10,016 nt of DNA from the NCBI GenBank assembly GCA_038893355.1, contig JAWARQ010000014.1:1-10016 (forward strand), read 5' to 3'. Origin of the DNA: Sulfolobaceae archaeon. GTDB taxonomy: Archaea; Thermoproteota; Thermoprotei_A; Sulfolobales; Sulfolobaceae. Below, piece after piece: positions 7,416 through 10,016 of this stretch (position 1 is the stretch's first letter; each line of letters opens with the position of its first letter). A model generated the notes under the pieces. That model did not search any database. It saw only the letters and a list, made by a program, of their open reading frames with translations, and was not told the DNA's origin. The position numbers and the translations under genes are program-made.

Positions 7416-8756
7416 TTACTTTTCCTCCTCTTCTTTTTGCTTTACTATATCTATTATTTCAGCAACCATGAATCCAGAAAGGAGCCATAATATAAAGGCA
7501 TCTAATGCTATTGTAGTAACAGAGGGTACAGAAGTTATTAGGATATAAAGAGTAAATATTGCAGAGGCTAAGGAGATAGCAATTTCAAATTTCCTCTTCT
7601 TTAACCTCTTTAAAGATATTCTAAATAATGAAAAGTCGGTAGCCAGATGAACATACAAATTTCCTAACATAGCCATTAAACCTACTAAAGTAAAAGCGTT
7701 AAACGCATCTCCTCCAGATAAAGATAATGAGGTGAAGATAATAAACCAGTAAGCTATAACTGTTACGACCATTGCATTAAATGGCTCCCTACTATTCTTA
7801 AGTTCTGCTAACTTACTATGGAATAAACCGTTTACGGCCATTGCATAAATTGTCCTTGAAGTAGCAAACATAAAAGTTAAAGTTGCTAATATACCGTCGT
7901 TAACTGCAGCAATAGCAGCAAGTACTAATGTTATCAATCCAAATTTATCCTCTATGAGTTGCAGAAAAGATATTGAAGAGTTAAGTTGTAAGTTGTAGTA
8001 TATAATATGATCTACGATAGCATAAATATCGAAAGCAGCTAAAAGCCCGCCGAGTAAAATTACCGTTATAATTGCAATAGGTACAGTCTTTTTTGGATCT
8101 TTAACCTCACCAGATAGTGGCGTGATTGAACCATATCCAGTAGGAATACCAGAACCAAAAATTATGGCTGTAGCTATTGCAGAAAGAGGAGGTACCTCAT
8201 GAAACGGATTATAGAAAGTAAAGTGAGTTGAGTATAGGAATGCTAAGGCTAGTAGACACATCATGAGAATCTCTAAAGAGCTTGCAAACATAGCATATTT
8301 AAATGAAGGCCTTTTTCCAAGAAGCGCGAATACCGATGCTATTATGAGGAATATAATTGATAACTCATAGACGTTTAGGAACGGAAGCACAGTGGCTATC
8401 GAGGCTATTGCTCCAAGTGTGTAAGCACTTCCGTATAGTGCAGAATAGTATAAATATGTCCAACCGGTTTCAAAACCTAATCTTTTGGTAAGGGAATAAT
8501 AAGTATATGTATAATACCCTCCGCTTTGAGTGAACTTCATAGAAAGCTTATATACTACAAGACCATTCATTAAAACTAGCAAAGTTCCTAGAACTACTGC
8601 TATTGGTGCAAAAGCACCTCCTTTAGAATATGCCACAAGACCGTAAACTAATATACTTAAAAATGGAGATTGACCTCCAATACTCATAAAGACTAGATCT
8701 CTAAGACCTACTTCTCTGATAGGTTTCTGAACCCCTCTTTGAGATGATCTAGGCAT
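7416..8756 (-). CDS. APC-superfamily amino acid/polyamine permease
   Basis: About 12 hydrophobic segments; motifs SIGGQSP, SGGYYTY, GYG.ITPLSGEVKDPKKTVP, SRTIYAMA. Confidence 0.9.
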   Translation of the reverse strand: MPRSSQRGVQKPIREVGLRDLVFMSIGGQSPFLSILVYGLVAYSKGGAFAPIAVVLGTLLVLMNGLVVYKLSMKFTQSGGYYTYTYYSLTKRLGFETGWTYLYYSALYGSAYTLGAIASIATVLPFLNVYELSIIFLIIASVFALLGKRPSFKYAMFASSLEILMMCLLALAFLYSTHFTFYNPFHEVPPLSAIATAIIFGSGIPTGYGSITPLSGEVKDPKKTVPIAIITVILLGGLLAAFDIYAIVDHIIYYNLQLNSSISFLQLIEDKFGLITLVLAAIAAVNDGILATLTFMFATSRTIYAMAVNGLFHSKLAELKNSREPFNAMVVTVIAYWFIIFTSLSLSGGDAFNAFTLVGLMAMLGNLYVHLATDFSLFRISLKRLKKRKFEIAISLASAIFTLYILITSVPSVTTIALDAFILWLLSGFMVAEIIDIVKQKEEEEK

Positions 8757-9122
8757 TTGCCATTCCTCTTTTTCTCATTAACTTATAAAAGATTGTCTAG
8801 TTAAATTACAATTAAGTATTTAAATTTCTATAATTATATAAAAATTATTATTATTAAAAACAATTTTATTAGGAAATATACATAAAATTATGAAAATATT
8901 ATTATTATTCATGAAACGAATAGACCTAATTTCAAATCCTGATAAGCATATGGTAATTGATAAAAAAGAAACGAGACGGTGAATATAGAACGAGAAGTCA
9001 ATATCTCAATTAAATTTAGAGCGATTTAATATGCATCTGATATATTTATTCTCAAATAAGGAAGTGACCTTCTATTAAGTTATTCATGTAGCATTTATTG
9101 GAAAATCCGTACAGGTTGAGGA

Positions 9123-10016
9123 GACCTTGAAAACTTTTTAAAAATTAACTAAACAAAATATCGAATGAGTATAAACTCGTTAACCCAAGAGTATTACGAG
9201 GCGCTTCAAGAAGCACTACAACGAATATCCACAACCTTGAAGACCTTGAGGAGAGACACATTAAAAAGGCTAGTATTAGGGGGAGTAATAGGTAGCACAG
9301 CAGCACAAGAAACAAAAATGGACTACGAAACAGTACTAAAAAACCTAGACAAACTAGCAAACACTAGCCTAATAGAGACAGTAAAAGAGATAGTAAAGAA
9401 CCATCCAACACAACTAATAGTAGACGACACGCATGACCATAAAGCAAGGGCAATATTAGCACCAAGAAACTGCACACAAAAAATATACTACTGCAGAGAA
9501 CACAAAAGATTCGAGCCAGCAATACAGTCATAATAGCAATAAAAGACTTGAAGACAAACGAGACTTACATAGTAGCAATAATACCCTACATACCACAAAA
9601 AGTAGCAGAAATACTCAAAGAAAGGGGTGAAGAGGCAGAGTTCAAGACGAAAATCCAACTGTATCTAGAGGTCTTACCAATACTCTTGAGGGAATTCAAC
9701 GTTGTTGTAACCTCCTTCGACTCTTGGTACGTTAATTCTAAGACTCTTTTGCCTAATATTATCAAGGAACTCAAGGCCAACTTGCTGGCAACTGAGGGTG
9801 GTAGGTCCTTGCTAGTTTGCGAGTTCCCCGAGGGGGAGTAGCTAGTCGAGTACCTAGGTATCCCCATAAAGTTACTCGTAGTCGAGGGTTTGGGTAAGAG
9901 GTACTTCTTCTCAACCAACATAAATGACACCCCTGAGGACATAATTACTGCTTGGGAAAATAGGTGGATATTGAGGTTTTAATTAGGGAGTTGAAGGCTT
10001 TAGGGTTAGAAAAGGG
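9123..10016 (+). mobile_element. Degenerate Sulfolobus insertion sequence, ISC1217-like (ISNCY/IS4-like DDE); right end outside the window
   Basis: Fragmented DDE transposase and a base-composition shift from the host DNA. The left end is placed tentatively at GACCTTGAAAAC (9123), upstream of a TATA (9135-9143); the partner inverted repeat is not visible. The family name is from recollection of the protein. Confidence 0.75.
9165..10016 (+). pseudogene. Transposase pseudogene
   Basis: DDE motifs LIVDDT, SFDSWY and RW-IEVLIRELK are split by a frameshift near 9528, an in-frame TAG at 9839-9841 and a second frameshift near 9968. Confidence 0.88.

Noticed and set aside
8749-8763. Tiny out-of-frame uORF (MANA-stop) overlapping the permease start; similar out-of-frame ATG at 137 before mcr
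   Set aside because: Expected by chance; no support without TSS or ribosome-profiling data.
8757-9122. Long AT-rich intergenic region checked for CRISPR repeats, tRNA, C/D-box sRNA or origin boxes
   Set aside because: No regularly spaced repeats, cloverleaf or convincing box motifs seen by eye.
9145-9360. 71-aa hydrophobic minus-strand ORF
   Set aside because: Antisense shadow of the A/C-rich transposase; the hydrophobicity follows from T/G-rich codons.
9520-9845. Programmed frameshift or stop read-through in the transposase
   Set aside because: No slippery heptamer at the junction, and three independent lesions point to decay.
9586-9942. 118-aa minus-strand ORF
   Set aside because: Antisense to the transposase pseudogene; Ser-rich shadow frame with no motif.

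Overview
AT-rich archaeal chromosomal window, almost certainly Sulfolobales (judged from protein families, leaderless TATA promoters and a Sulfolobus-type IS). The left half holds four co-oriented minus-strand genes that mirror the succinyl-CoA to crotonyl-CoA arm of the 3-hydroxypropionate/4-hydroxybutyrate (HP/HB) cycle: a succinic-semialdehyde-reductase-like Zn-ADH, a PaaK-type acyl-CoA ligase, an AbfD/HpaB-family flavoprotein, and the 5' end of a malonyl-/succinyl-CoA reductase (mcr, missed by the ORF track). A TrxR-fold ferredoxin-NADP reductase is transcribed divergently. The AbfD-like protein has lost all three Cys ligands of the [4Fe-4S] cluster and carries a Glu where acyl-CoA dehydrogenases have their catalytic base, so the cluster may run different chemistry from the textbook pathway. 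Each gene has its own TATA box 21 nt before the ATG, and two of the promoters share an identical 14-bp pseudo-palindrome. The right half has a CBS protein with a Cys-rich tail, an orphan radical SAM/SPASM protein, an APC permease and a decayed ISC1217-like transposon running off the window end.
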